A stretch of DNA of 64,000 nucleotides from Solirubrobacterales bacterium. GTDB lineage: Bacteria > Actinomycetota > Thermoleophilia > Solirubrobacterales > 70-9. Every line of letters begins with the position of its first letter. Within the stretch, counting starts at the first letter, position 1. Positions 34,226 through 42,889 of the stretch are shown here, in pieces. Position numbers and translations under genes: made by a program. The DNA is taken from positions 1,115 through 65,114 of the forward strand of contig JBBQNM010000004.1 in the NCBI GenBank assembly GCA_038329895.1. The letters run 5' to 3'. The notes beneath the pieces were generated by a model that ran no database searches, was not told where the DNA came from, and saw nothing but the letters and a program-made list of their open reading frames with translations.

Positions 34226-35696
34226 CCCGCACGCGCCGACGGCCCCGGCCACAGCACGGGTCGACGAGGGAGGCGAGTGGCCAACCATTCACAAATGGAC
34301 CGACCTCGGAAACGCCGAGCGTCTCTCTGACAGCGCGGACGGAAAGCTCCTCTGGGTCTACGGGCTTGGTTGGCTGTGCTGGGACGGGAGGCGCTGGCGC
34401 CGCGACGAGTCGAACTGGGTGCTCCGGGAAGCCACGCACACCGTGCGCGGGATCTACGGCGAGGCCGCGTTTCTCAAACGGGCAGGCGGGCAGGGCGACC
34501 GATGAGGACGAGCGCCGCCAGTGGGCCGAGCAGGCGAAGGGAGCCGGGAAGTGGGCCAGGAACAGCGAGGCGGCGAACCGCATCGCCGCGATGGTCAAGC
34601 TCGCGACCGCGCAGAGCCGACTCGTCGTGGACGACGGTGCGCGAGCGCTCGACGCCGATCCGATGGCGCTCAACGTCGCCAACGGCACGCTCGACCTCGA
34701 GACCCTGACGCTACGCCACCACGACCCAGCCGAGCACCACACTCGGATCGCGAACGCGAACTACGACCCCGACGCCGACGCGCCTTTCTTCCGCGAGTGC
34801 GTGGCGAAAGCGCTGCCCGACGAGGAGCTCCGGCGCTGGGTGCAGAAGGCCGCCGGCTACTCGATCAGCGGCAAGTTCTCGGAGTTCCTATTCATCCCGC
34901 ATGGCGGCGGAGCGAACCTCAAGTCCACGATCGAGTATGCGTGGCGCCACGCGCTCGGCGACTACGCGGCCGAGGCTCCGTCCGACCTGCTGGGGGCGCG
35001 CCGCGGGAGAGTCGGCGCTCGCCGGGGCTGCTCGGCCGCCGGCTCGTCACGGCGACCGAGACCGAGCAGGGCAAGCAGCTCGCGGAGGTCTTGGCGAAGA
35101 AGCTGACCGGCGAGCCGGAGATCACCGCGAAGTTCATGCGCCAGGACTACTTCACCTACCCGAACCAGCTAGCCGTATGGCTCGCCACCAACTACAAGCC
35201 CGTCGTCCAGGGCACCGACCTCGCGATCTGGCGGCGGATCAGGCTCGTGCCGTTCGAGGTCACGATCCCGCCCGAGGAGCGACTGGAGCCCGGGGACGTG
35301 CAGGCCCGACTGCGCGAGGAGGCAGATGTGATCCTGGCGTGGCTGGTCGAGGGCTGGCGCCTGTACCAGCAGGAGGGCCTGCTGCCCGAACCCACGGCCG
35401 TGCGGGCCGCCACCGACGACTACCGGGCGGAGATGGACCCCCTGAGCGGCTGGATTACCGAAACTTTCGTCGACGATCCCGAGGGTCTCGTGCCGATCGA
35501 GTGGGTGAGGGAGTCATACGCCGACTACTGCGAGCAGACCGGAAAGCGCCCTCTCGGCGAGCGGCGCTTCAACGAGCTGATGGAGCAGCGCGGCTACTCG
35601 CGGCCGAAGTCCGCAGTCCAGTTCGATGAGCCGACTTCCAACGGGCCGATCAGGTTGCGCAAGAAGGCGTGGAGGGGCCTTCGCGTAAAGAACTGA
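34212..35696 (+). pseudogene. phage/plasmid P4-type primase / D5-like helicase, disrupted by at least two frameshifts
   Basis: The reading frame passes through three tracked ORFs: 34212..34505 (WTDLGNAERL...WLCWDGRRW), 34366..35106 (DADPMALNVANGTLDLETL...FLFIPHGGGANLKSTIEYAW) and 34521..35696 (LVTATETEQGK...WRRIRLVPFEV...DDYRAEMDPLSGW). The Walker A-like GGGANLKST deviates from GxGxNGKS. Confidence 0.7.
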
Positions 35697-35715
35697 TCTC
35701 GCCTAAGGTGGCGCC

Positions 35716-36414
35716 GTGGTCCAGCGTTTCGCGATAGCCGCTCTCTTGGTCACGGCCTTTCTGGCGCTGCCTGCATCCGCGAGCGCCTACCGCGACCCGA
35801 CGCCCGAGGAGGCCACGGCGATCACGGCGCTGCCACCGCCCTCGGAGAACCCGGACCCCTACGTCTTCAAGTACATACAGGTCTCTACCGCGGGACCCTG
35901 GGCGGTCGCCAAGGTCGTGCAGGTGGAGCCCTACGACGAGTTCGCGCTGTATCGCGGCAGCGGCGCACACTGGAAGTTTGTCGTCGCCACGAACCGGCTC
36001 TGCGCCGATGAGACCGGGGTCCGAATCCCCAGGCCAGTGCAAAAAGACCTCCGTTACAGAGAGGAATGTCACCCGACGTTCGTCCGCGACACGACGCGCA
36101 GATTCAAGAAGCATCCTCGCGTCCTGAACTTCGCTTTCCCGGCGCTCTTCCCGCCTATAAAGGTCACTGGGATCCACTGGCGCAACTGGAATGGGTGGTT
36201 CTACGGAAGTGCCAGCGGTCGCGGCAGGCTGCACTACGACACGTGTGTGCCGGACTGCGCCACCGGCAAGTACCGGAAGATCGGCGCGCGCGTGACGCTG
36301 TGGCGGATCGGGCGCTGCAGGGGTCGGGACGTCTTCACGCGGATCGATGTCGACCCCAACGGCCCGCAGCCAGTGCACACGCACAAGATCGAGTGCAGCG
36401 GCTACCTACTCTGA
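35716..36414 (+). CDS. secreted Cys-containing hypothetical protein
   Basis: GTG start, signal peptide ...FLALPASASA, Trp/Cys-rich mature part. No motif recognised. Confidence 0.55.
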   Translation: MVQRFAIAALLVTAFLALPASASAYRDPTPEEATAITALPPPSENPDPYVFKYIQVSTAGPWAVAKVVQVEPYDEFALYRGSGAHWKFVVATNRLCADETGVRIPRPVQKDLRYREECHPTFVRDTTRRFKKHPRVLNFAFPALFPPIKVTGIHWRNWNGWFYGSASGRGRLHYDTCVPDCATGKYRKIGARVTLWRIGRCRGRDVFTRIDVDPNGPQPVHTHKIECSGYLL

Positions 36415-36750
36415 GCGGCGCGTACCGCTCGGTACCACTTCTGGGATGACGCCCAGTTTCGAGCTCTTACGTGAGGGTTATCGACGAAGTGGTACGAAGC
36501 GGTACCAGGCGCCCGCGGCTGCACGGAGCGATTGCGTGACGGTTGCGCCAGAGCCGCACAGCGGCGCCCGGCGCGACCTCGGGCCCCGTCCCGGCCTCGC
36601 GTAGGACCGGTCACTGGCGGGGCTCCTCGGCTCGGCGGCGCTGCAAGTCTCACGGCTCCAGCGAGGCCCGTTTGTCGTCTCGTCCTGCGCGCGGAGACGC
36701 CGCTCGAGCTCAGTAATGTCACGCGGTGAAAAGACGGCGCTGACAAAGCT

Positions 36751-37440
36751 ATGCGCTCAGTCGGTTACGCGCGCCGCTCGCGCGAGCGAGACAACGGCGC
36801 TTTCAGCCTCGATGACCAGGAGGCCCGCATCCGCGCCTGGGCCAAGTACCGAAGGTGCGACCTGGAGGGGGTCCTGCGCGAGGACGACGTGTCGGGCGGT
36901 CTCGCACCGGACGACCGCCCGATGCTCGGGCCGGCGCTCCGACGTCTTCGAGACGGCGAGCTCGATTCGCTGGTCGTCGCCAAGTTCGACAGGCTCTCCC
37001 GCTCGCTGCGCGACTTCGCCGACCTGCTCGAGCGCAGCCAGCGGGAGGGGTGGGCGCTCGTTTGCCTGGAACCCGGGATAGACCTGACCACGCCCAGCGG
37101 TGAGGCGTTCGCCGGGATGCAGGGGGTGTTCGGCACCGCCAGTACGTCGAGCGGATGCGCGGCGCCAAGGCGGCGAAGGCCGCGGCCGGCGGCTACGTCG
37201 GCGGACCCCGCATCGCCTGGCGCTACGGCTACCGCCTCGAGCAGCGGTTGGACGGTAGGCACGAGTACATGCCGGTTGCCGAGGAGCAGGAAGCGATTCG
37301 AGACATGGCAAGCCGCTACCTGCAGGGCGAAACGCTTCGGCAGATCACCGACTGGCTGCAAGAGAGTGGAATCCCCAACGTCACGGGCAGGCCGTGGGCG
37401 CACCAGGCAGTCGGGGCGATCCTCAAGCGCGAGGGCGAGT
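36751..37440 (+). pseudogene. serine recombinase (resolvase/large serine recombinase N-terminal part), frameshifted and 3'-truncated
   Basis: Catalytic domain VGYARRSRERDNG...LVVAKFDRLSRSLRD...G(x)QGVF. It then continues in frame +1 from about 37131-37145 as QYVERMRGAKAAKAAAGGYVGGPRIAWRYGY...LRQITDWL. The ORF runs into the 3' end of the convergent gene at 37423. Confidence 0.7.
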
Positions 37441-38139
37441 CGCTCCGCCGGCGTGGCCGGGCCGCTCCCCGGGCCGTGGGGGAATCCAGGGCTGCCGGAA
37501 CGGCGCGAGCCAGTCGTGCTGAATCGCGGGGACCATGACCGCGTAGTCCGAGGCCGTGAACAGGCTGTTGTAGCGGCGGAAAAGTTGGCCAATCACGTCG
37601 ATGGGCACGTGAACGTCGTTCAGGGTAAAGGTCACTTCGGTGCCAACTGCACGAGTGTCGGTGTGGGCGACGTGGCGATCCGCGTAGCCCTTGATCGCCT
37701 CGGCGGCCGACTGCAGCTCCGCGAGCTGGCGGGCCGGGACGGATGGGTCGAGGTGGTCGCCAACATCTCCTGCGAAGTGCTCGCACCACTGCTTCTCGGC
37801 TACCTGCACCCAGTACGGGTCCTCATCCGGCTTGCGCCACAGCTCGAGCCAGAAGTCCCGCGTAATCAGCTCGGCCGCGTCGCCGACCTCGACCAAGAGT
37901 CGACCGAGGCTGGCGGCGCGGTGATCCGTGTCGGCCTGCCGGCGGACGGCCATCGCCTGATTCGCCGCGTATATATCGCGGTAGTACTCCCAGAAGTAGG
38001 AATCCGGCAGCGATCCGTGATCTTCGATCACCTTCGCGAGCTCCTGCCACGTGTCGCGGTGCAGGTACATCGTCAGGACGTTGCTTCGGATCGGCCCCTC
38101 GATCCAGCGCGTCCACTTATCGATTCGGGGGTCGGTCAT
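37423..38139 (-). CDS. hypothetical protein with AbiU2/HEPN-like architecture
   Basis: 238 aa, Trp/Tyr-rich helical protein. C-terminal ...LQSAAEAIKGYADRHVAHTDTRA... resembles the conserved R(N/D)KxxAHxD block of AbiU2-type HEPN proteins, with imperfect spacing. Confidence 0.6.
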   Translation of the reverse strand: MTDPRIDKWTRWIEGPIRSNVLTMYLHRDTWQELAKVIEDHGSLPDSYFWEYYRDIYAANQAMAVRRQADTDHRAASLGRLLVEVGDAAELITRDFWLELWRKPDEDPYWVQVAEKQWCEHFAGDVGDHLDPSVPARQLAELQSAAEAIKGYADRHVAHTDTRAVGTEVTFTLNDVHVPIDVIGQLFRRYNSLFTASDYAVMVPAIQHDWLAPFRQPWIPPRPGERPGHAGGATRPRA

Positions 38140-38536
38140 ACGGGGTCACCCTAGACCGCACCTAGCCTCCAGGACCTGAGCTGCGAACTTTCGCGAGAGG
38201 TTTCGTCCGCAAGCACTCTTAGCCTGGTAATCATGGCCAAGGCTCCCCGGAGTCCGAGCACGGTCTTCAGCCGCAGCGGACGACAGGGCAAGCGAAACCA
38301 AGTACGAGGCGGAACGGGTGTAGGGCCTTGGCTACCTGAGGGTCGTCGCGGTATCGGCCGCGGCGACCCTCTCCTTCATTTCAGGGCGCTCCCAGCGCGA
38401 GCGCGGGGTCACGAAGATGTCGCGCTGCGAGTCCACGGTGCTCTGCTGCTCCTCGGTCGGGTTGCGCTCACCACGGTGAGCAGATCCACAGAGTAACGGC
38501 GATCATCGGACGTAAAAGGGTGCGAACATACGTTCG

Positions 38537-38854
38537 GTGACGTCACAGGGTTCAGCTTATGGTCGTTTTCGTCGCTCGCTCGACCGTCGTCTCGTCGTCC
38601 CGGCGCTGGAGGCGGCGGGCGAGCTGGAACGGGTCACGCTCGCCGACGCCCTCGAACTCTGCGAACTCCTGGCACAGGCGGACGACGATCGCTTCGCCCC
38701 GGCCGCACGGCGCTGGCTGATCCGCTTTCTCGAGGAGGTGCGGCCGAGCATCGGGGAGGCGCTGATCGCCAGCGCCGCGTTATCGGAGTTGGCCGCCCGT
38801 CCCGACTCGCCGGTCGCCCTTGAAACCCTCGGCCAGCTCGTGGAGCCTGGCTGA
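38537..38854 (+). CDS. small helical hypothetical protein
   Basis: GTG start. AYGRFRRSLDRR...LADALELCELLA...AARRWLIRFLEE pattern. Followed by a strong hairpin. Confidence 0.5.
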   Translation: MTSQGSAYGRFRRSLDRRLVVPALEAAGELERVTLADALELCELLAQADDDRFAPAARRWLIRFLEEVRPSIGEALIASAALSELAARPDSPVALETLGQLVEPG

Positions 38855-38878
38855 CCTGTTGGGGCTCAGTAAAGAGCC

Positions 38879-38916
38879 GAAGGACCGCCGCCCATGGGAG
38901 GAGGCGGCGGTCCTTC
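38879..38916 (+). terminator. 14-bp perfect stem-loop downstream of 38537..38854
   Basis: GAAGGACCGCCGCC-CATGGGAGGA-GGCGGCGGTCCTTC. No U-tract. Confidence 0.4.
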
Positions 38917-38991
38917 TAAGCGCGGACAATCTACCCCCCGGTAGATGCAGATCAGGGGGCGTCGTCGAGGATCCCTAGGATCGGCACAAGC

Positions 38992-40347
38992 GTGAGCCCA
39001 AGACCTACCACCATTGACCTTTTCGCCGGCTGCGGAGGCTTGTCGCTCGGGCTCGAACAGGCCGGGTTCGATGTGGTCGCCTCCTTGGAATACGACCCTG
39101 TCCACGCTGCGACCCACGAGTTCAACTTTCCGCTGACCGCGAGCATCTGCGCTGACATCCAGGCCGTCGAGACCGACACTCTCCGCGACGCTGTCCGGGA
39201 GGGGGCCCGCCGACACGGAAACCGCTCCTCCGCAGCTCGCCGGGGCGAGGTCGATGTGGTGGTCGGTGGGCCGCCGTGCCAGGGGTTCTCGACCATTGGC
39301 AAGCGGTTGATCGACGACAAGCGCAACCGTCTCGTCTTCCACTTTTTCCGCGCAGTTGCCGACCTGCGCCCGAAATACTTCGTGATGGAGAACGTGCCCG
39401 GGATGCGGGCGGGTGGGCACGCCGGCATTCTCACGCGCCTCGTCGAGGAGTTCGAGCGAATCGGCTACCAGGTCCCGAAGCCGAAGATCCTCAACGCTGC
39501 CGACTACGGCGTGCCCCAGTCGCGAACCCGTCTCTTCGTTCTGGGGGCCCGCGAGGACCAAGCGCCGGTCAAGCACCCCGGTCTGCGAGTCCGTCCGGTT
39601 GCCAAGAGGCTCGGAGAGAAACGGGTCGACGCCGATCTGCCAGACGGCCCTACGGTCTGGGACGCCATCGGGGACCTGCCCGACCTGGACACCTTCGACG
39701 AGCTGGAAAAGACTGATGAGGTCCGCCTCTCGGCGGCGCAGCTACGCGATTCGGAGCGGTCGAGTAGCGAGTACGCGCGGCTGCTCCGCGGACTCCAGAC
39801 AGACACCGGCGACCTGTCGCACCCGCGCGCGGGCGACCCTAGGCTCCTGACGAGCTCCCCCAGGACTCGGCACACTGAGCTCTCGATTTCGCGCTTCGAC
39901 GCGACCCCGCCGGGGGAGACCGAGCCGGTCAGCCGGTTCTACAGGCTTCCCCCGGAAGGGCTCTGCAACACACTGAGAGCTGGCACGGGGAGCGAGCGAG
40001 GGGCGTACACCTCCCCCCGGCCGATCCACCCGACTCTGCCTCGCGTCATTTCCGTCCGTGAGGCTGCGAGGCTGCACTCGTTTCCGGACTGGTTCCGCCT
40101 GCACGCCACGAAGTGGCACGGCTTCCGCCAGGTGGGGAACGCCGTCGCCCCGCTAGTTGGGCGTGCCGTCGGTGACGAGATCCGCGCCAGCCTCGGGGTG
40201 GCGGCGACGCGGCCGGACTCTGCGGTAGAGCTCGGCCCGGTTGGGCTCCTTCGCATGGCGATGGCGGAAGCGACCGACTTCTACGGGGCGGACCCAGACC
40301 AGGTCCCGCCGCCGCGAAAGCGAAGGACCGAGTCCGTAGCCGCGTGA
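38992..40347 (+). CDS. DNA (cytosine-5)-methyltransferase
   Basis: Motif I IDLFAGCGGLSLG, motif IV GGPPCQGFS, motif VI ENV, motif VIII QSRTRLFVLG, motif X QVGNAVAP. Confidence 0.92.
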   Translation: MSPRPTTIDLFAGCGGLSLGLEQAGFDVVASLEYDPVHAATHEFNFPLTASICADIQAVETDTLRDAVREGARRHGNRSSAARRGEVDVVVGGPPCQGFSTIGKRLIDDKRNRLVFHFFRAVADLRPKYFVMENVPGMRAGGHAGILTRLVEEFERIGYQVPKPKILNAADYGVPQSRTRLFVLGAREDQAPVKHPGLRVRPVAKRLGEKRVDADLPDGPTVWDAIGDLPDLDTFDELEKTDEVRLSAAQLRDSERSSSEYARLLRGLQTDTGDLSHPRAGDPRLLTSSPRTRHTELSISRFDATPPGETEPVSRFYRLPPEGLCNTLRAGTGSERGAYTSPRPIHPTLPRVISVREAARLHSFPDWFRLHATKWHGFRQVGNAVAPLVGRAVGDEIRASLGVAATRPDSAVELGPVGLLRMAMAEATDFYGADPDQVPPPRKRRTESVAA

Positions 40348-41150
40348 CCGACACGAGCCGCTATGGGCAGATCATCGAGCACATATTCCTTTCGGGACAC
40401 AAGGAAGGGGCGACAGAAGTTGACTTCACGCGAGACGAGATAGAGAGCGCCGCGAAGGCCCTCAAGATCGCCCTCCCGAAGAATCTCGGGGACGTTCTCT
40501 ACTCGTTCCGCTATCGCCGCGAGCTGCCTAAGTCCATCTCGGACCGAGCGCCCGAGGGCAAGGTCTGGATCATTAGGCCCGTCGGGAGGGCCAAGTACCG
40601 ATTCGTTGCGGTCTCCACGGCCCAAGTAGAGCCGAACGAGCTCATGAGCGCGATCAAGGTGCCGGATGCGACGCCGGGCCTGATCACGCGCTGGGCCCTC
40701 AGCGACGAGCAGGCTCTCCTCGCGAAGCTCCGCTACAACCGGCTGATCGACATCTTCTCGGGCGTTACCTGCTACTCGCTCCAGAATCACCTGAGGACGT
40801 CGGTGCCGGCGATGGGCCAGGTCGAGACGGACGAGGTCTACATCGGCGTGGACCGCCGGGGCGCCCAGTACGTCTTCCCCGTGCAGGCCAAGGGGGGGAG
40901 CGACAAGCTGAGCATCGTGCAGATCGAGCAGGACTTCGCGATGTGCGCCGATAAGTTTCCGCACCTAGTGTGCAAACCCATCGCAGCGCAGTTCGTAGGC
41001 GACGACCTGATCGCCCTCTTCGACTTCGAGGAGAACCCCGAACAGGGAGTCTCGATCCAATCCGAGAAGCACTACCGGCTCGTTCCTGAGGGCGATCTGT
41101 CCGACGAGGAGATCCGGGCCTACGCCGAGGACCTCCCGCCGTCGAAATGA
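40344..41150 (+). CDS. putative type II restriction endonuclease (PD-(D/E)xK-like) partnered with the m5C methyltransferase
   Basis: GTGA overlap with the methyltransferase stop. QVETDEVYIGVD...YVFPVQAKGG fits a D...(E/Q)xK core. No named family recognised. Confidence 0.6.
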   Translation: MTDTSRYGQIIEHIFLSGHKEGATEVDFTRDEIESAAKALKIALPKNLGDVLYSFRYRRELPKSISDRAPEGKVWIIRPVGRAKYRFVAVSTAQVEPNELMSAIKVPDATPGLITRWALSDEQALLAKLRYNRLIDIFSGVTCYSLQNHLRTSVPAMGQVETDEVYIGVDRRGAQYVFPVQAKGGSDKLSIVQIEQDFAMCADKFPHLVCKPIAAQFVGDDLIALFDFEENPEQGVSIQSEKHYRLVPEGDLSDEEIRAYAEDLPPSK

Positions 41151-41578
41151 CAGACACGCGAACCCCCGAGAAACGCAGCGAGATCATGGCCGCAGTCGGG
41201 AGCCGCGACACTGGCCCAGAGGTCGCGCTCCGTCGGGCGCTCTTCGCCGCTGGCGCGCGGGGGTGGCGATGCAACTACAAGCGGGCACTCGGGCGTCCCG
41301 ATATCGCGTGGCCGCAGCGGAAAGTTGCAGTGTTCGTGGACGGAGCCTTCTGGCACGGCCACCCCTCGCGCCACCGCCCCGGTCGCTCGGGCCGCTACTG
41401 GGACCACAAGATCGAGCAGAACGTCGCAAGGGACCGCCGGGTTGACGCGGAACTGACGGCCTCGGGATGGGCGGTCCTGCGCTTTTGGGATTTCGAGGTG
41501 AGCAAGGAGCTTCCGAGGGTCGTCGATGAGGTCCTACAAATCCTGGCCCACCGCCGCAGCGAGGCAAAGGCGGCATGA
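41147..41578 (+). CDS. vsr: very-short-patch repair endonuclease
   Basis: TPEKRSEIMAAVGSRDTGPEVALRRAL...GRPDIAWPQRKVAVFVDGAFWHGHP...KIEQNVARD...GWAVLRFWDFEV. ATGA overlap with the upstream gene. Confidence 0.9.
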   Translation: MTDTRTPEKRSEIMAAVGSRDTGPEVALRRALFAAGARGWRCNYKRALGRPDIAWPQRKVAVFVDGAFWHGHPSRHRPGRSGRYWDHKIEQNVARDRRVDAELTASGWAVLRFWDFEVSKELPRVVDEVLQILAHRRSEAKAA

Positions 41579-41850
41579 CCGAGACGAAACGCGTCTGGCG
41601 GAGTGGTGTCCGGTTCGACTGCCCGGATTGCGGCCGCCTCTGGAAGGACGACGATAAGCACGCCGAGGAGCTCGTAGACGAGTGTGCAGAGTGCGGAGGC
41701 ACGCTGCGGATGGTCGGCAAGGGGGAGCAGAGGGTCGAAGGGGCCGACTGGTTTCGGTGCCTGGATTGCAAGTCGCTCTTTATGCGCCGCCGTGGCGAGG
41801 TAGTTCCGACCCAGAACCGCTCTGGCTTCGACGAGTTCACCGAGTTCTGA
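41575..41850 (+). CDS. zinc-ribbon protein (three CxxC pairs), unknown function
   Basis: CPDC, CAEC and CLDC motifs in 91 aa. ATGA overlap with the vsr stop. Confidence 0.6.
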   Translation: MTETKRVWRSGVRFDCPDCGRLWKDDDKHAEELVDECAECGGTLRMVGKGEQRVEGADWFRCLDCKSLFMRRRGEVVPTQNRSGFDEFTEF

Positions 41851-41917
41851 CCCAGCGAGTTGGCAGGCGCTTTCTCGACCTTTCCGCGCCGTTTACGGGG
41901 TTCTCAGGCACGGGAAC

Positions 41918-41946
41918 TTGACTTAGACCCGAGATTTCCCATAATG
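41918..41946 (+). promoter_or_regulatory. sigma-70-like promoter candidate
   Basis: TTGACT (41918-41923), 16-17 nt spacer, CATAAT/ATAATG (41940-41946). Unusually AT-rich and consensus-like for this genome. Confidence 0.55.
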
Positions 41947-41951
41947 GGTGG

Positions 41952-42080
41952 TGGTTGGAGTGAGCTCCGACCAATGGGAAGCCCCGAGTCAGGTCGGGAT
42001 CCTTCCTAGGGCTAGCAGCCCATACGCCTGGGACCCGTGCGTCCCCGGTTTCCCTCAGGGGCCTTCGGGCCTCTTTTTTT
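41952..42080 (+). ncRNA. candidate structured small RNA or cis-regulatory leader (about 130 nt), family unknown
   Basis: Lies between the promoter above and an intrinsic terminator. Hand-foldable hairpins GGAG-TGAG-CTCC, CCGACC...GGTCGG, GGGCT-AGC-AGCCC and GGGAC-CCGTGC-GTCCC. No convincing ORF: the tracked 41948..42352 ORF reads through the terminator. Confidence 0.45.
42057..42080 (+). terminator. rho-independent terminator with UUCG tetraloop
   Basis: AGGGGCC-TTCG-GGCCTCT followed by a run of T (42074-42080). Confidence 0.7.
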
Positions 42081-42113
42081 ATGTCCAAAACCGCCTGAAA
42101 GGAGGTGAGAGCA

Positions 42114-42284
42114 GTGGACTGTGCAGAGGAGATGATCGTCTGGGCTCGGGTCCTTCTCGAGGCCGGGTATCCCTCCTGCCTGCTGGTCGAGTACCTGAGC
42201 CGCGAGTTTCGCCTCACGGCTCGAGAAGCGGTGCTCGTAACACTGGAAGCGCAGCAACTGGGCACGACAACCCTCGTCGCATAG
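42114..42284 (+). CDS. small hypothetical protein (56 aa)
   Basis: GTG at 42114 preceded by AAAGGAGGTGA. Translates to VDCAEEMIVWARVLLEAGYPSCLLVEYLSREFRLTAREAVLVTLEAQQLGTTTLVA. Below the ORF-track length cutoff. Confidence 0.45.
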   Translation: MDCAEEMIVWARVLLEAGYPSCLLVEYLSREFRLTAREAVLVTLEAQQLGTTTLVA

Positions 42285-42616
42285 CAGCGGAGATTCTCGC
42301 TGCCCTCATCCAACCTCCGGGCGATCCGGGGATCAGAAAGGAGTGGTTATGAGACGAAAAGTCTCAGTCCGCATCTCGCTCTCGGTGCTCGGTGACTTCG
42401 AGCTCGAGTTCGAGATGCACCGACCTGCGCCGCCGGCCCGCGAGTGGCGGGGTTCGCGCCGACGCGAATCCCGCCGGCCGGCGGCGAGGGTTGTCAGCCC
42501 CTCATCCACGCGCCCCTTACCAGGTGAGAAGCCTCAGGCTGCCCCGATCACGCACGCGCGGCAGATCCTCGATCCGCGCACAGCGCACCACGAAGTACCG
42601 CTCGCGCCGCCCGGAT

Positions 42617-42886
42617 GCGGCGGTCTATAGGGGACGGGCCGATATCGGGAAGTTCTGGGACGAGTGGCATGAGCTGTGGAATCTGGAAATTGAGCCCTCG
42701 GAAATACGCGATCTCGGTGACGCCGTCCTGGTGCGCGCGGTACTCCGAACACAAGGCAAGTCGAGCGGGGTGGAGGTGGAGCGGTCGATTGGCTACGTGT
42801 TCCAGTTCGAGGACGGCCTGGTCCGGAGGGCTACGGCATATATGACGCCGCAGGAAGCACTCAAAGCCGCTGGGCTGCGGGAGTAG
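42617..42886 (+). pseudogene. NTF2/SnoaL-like gene, C-terminal two-thirds only (5'-truncated remnant)
   Basis: AVYRGRADIGKFWDEWHELWNLEIEPSEIRDLGDAVLVRAVLRTQGKSSGVEVERSIGYVFQFEDGLVRRATAYMTPQEALKAAGL lacks the usual MSQENVE.. N-terminus. The upstream part of ORF 42392..42886 is Arg/Pro-rich run-on. Confidence 0.5.
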
Positions 42887-42889
42887 GGG

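Noticed and set aside
38233-38496. 87-aa + strand ORF, and a possible - strand coding remnant (…GERNPTEEQQSTVDSQRDIFVTPRSRWERPEMKERV…)
   Set aside because: The + ORF has poor composition and no SD. The - strand segment lacks a plausible start codon. Neither is supportable as a gene, though the latter may be a gene remnant.
41952-42080. Assignment of the structured RNA to the ZTP (pfl) riboswitch or 6C sRNA families
   Set aside because: A CGCCTGGG segment recalls the ZTP 3' element, but the 5' GACTGGCG-type core is absent and the downstream genes are unrelated to purine/folate metabolism. The loops do not carry the two C-rich (6 or more C) loops of 6C RNA. It is left unassigned.
41948-42352. 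134-aa ORF spanning the structured RNA region
   Set aside because: It reads straight through a strong intrinsic terminator and the SD and start of the next small ORF. Its composition is Gly/Pro/Ser/Arg-rich. It is better explained as non-coding RNA plus a separate small ORF.
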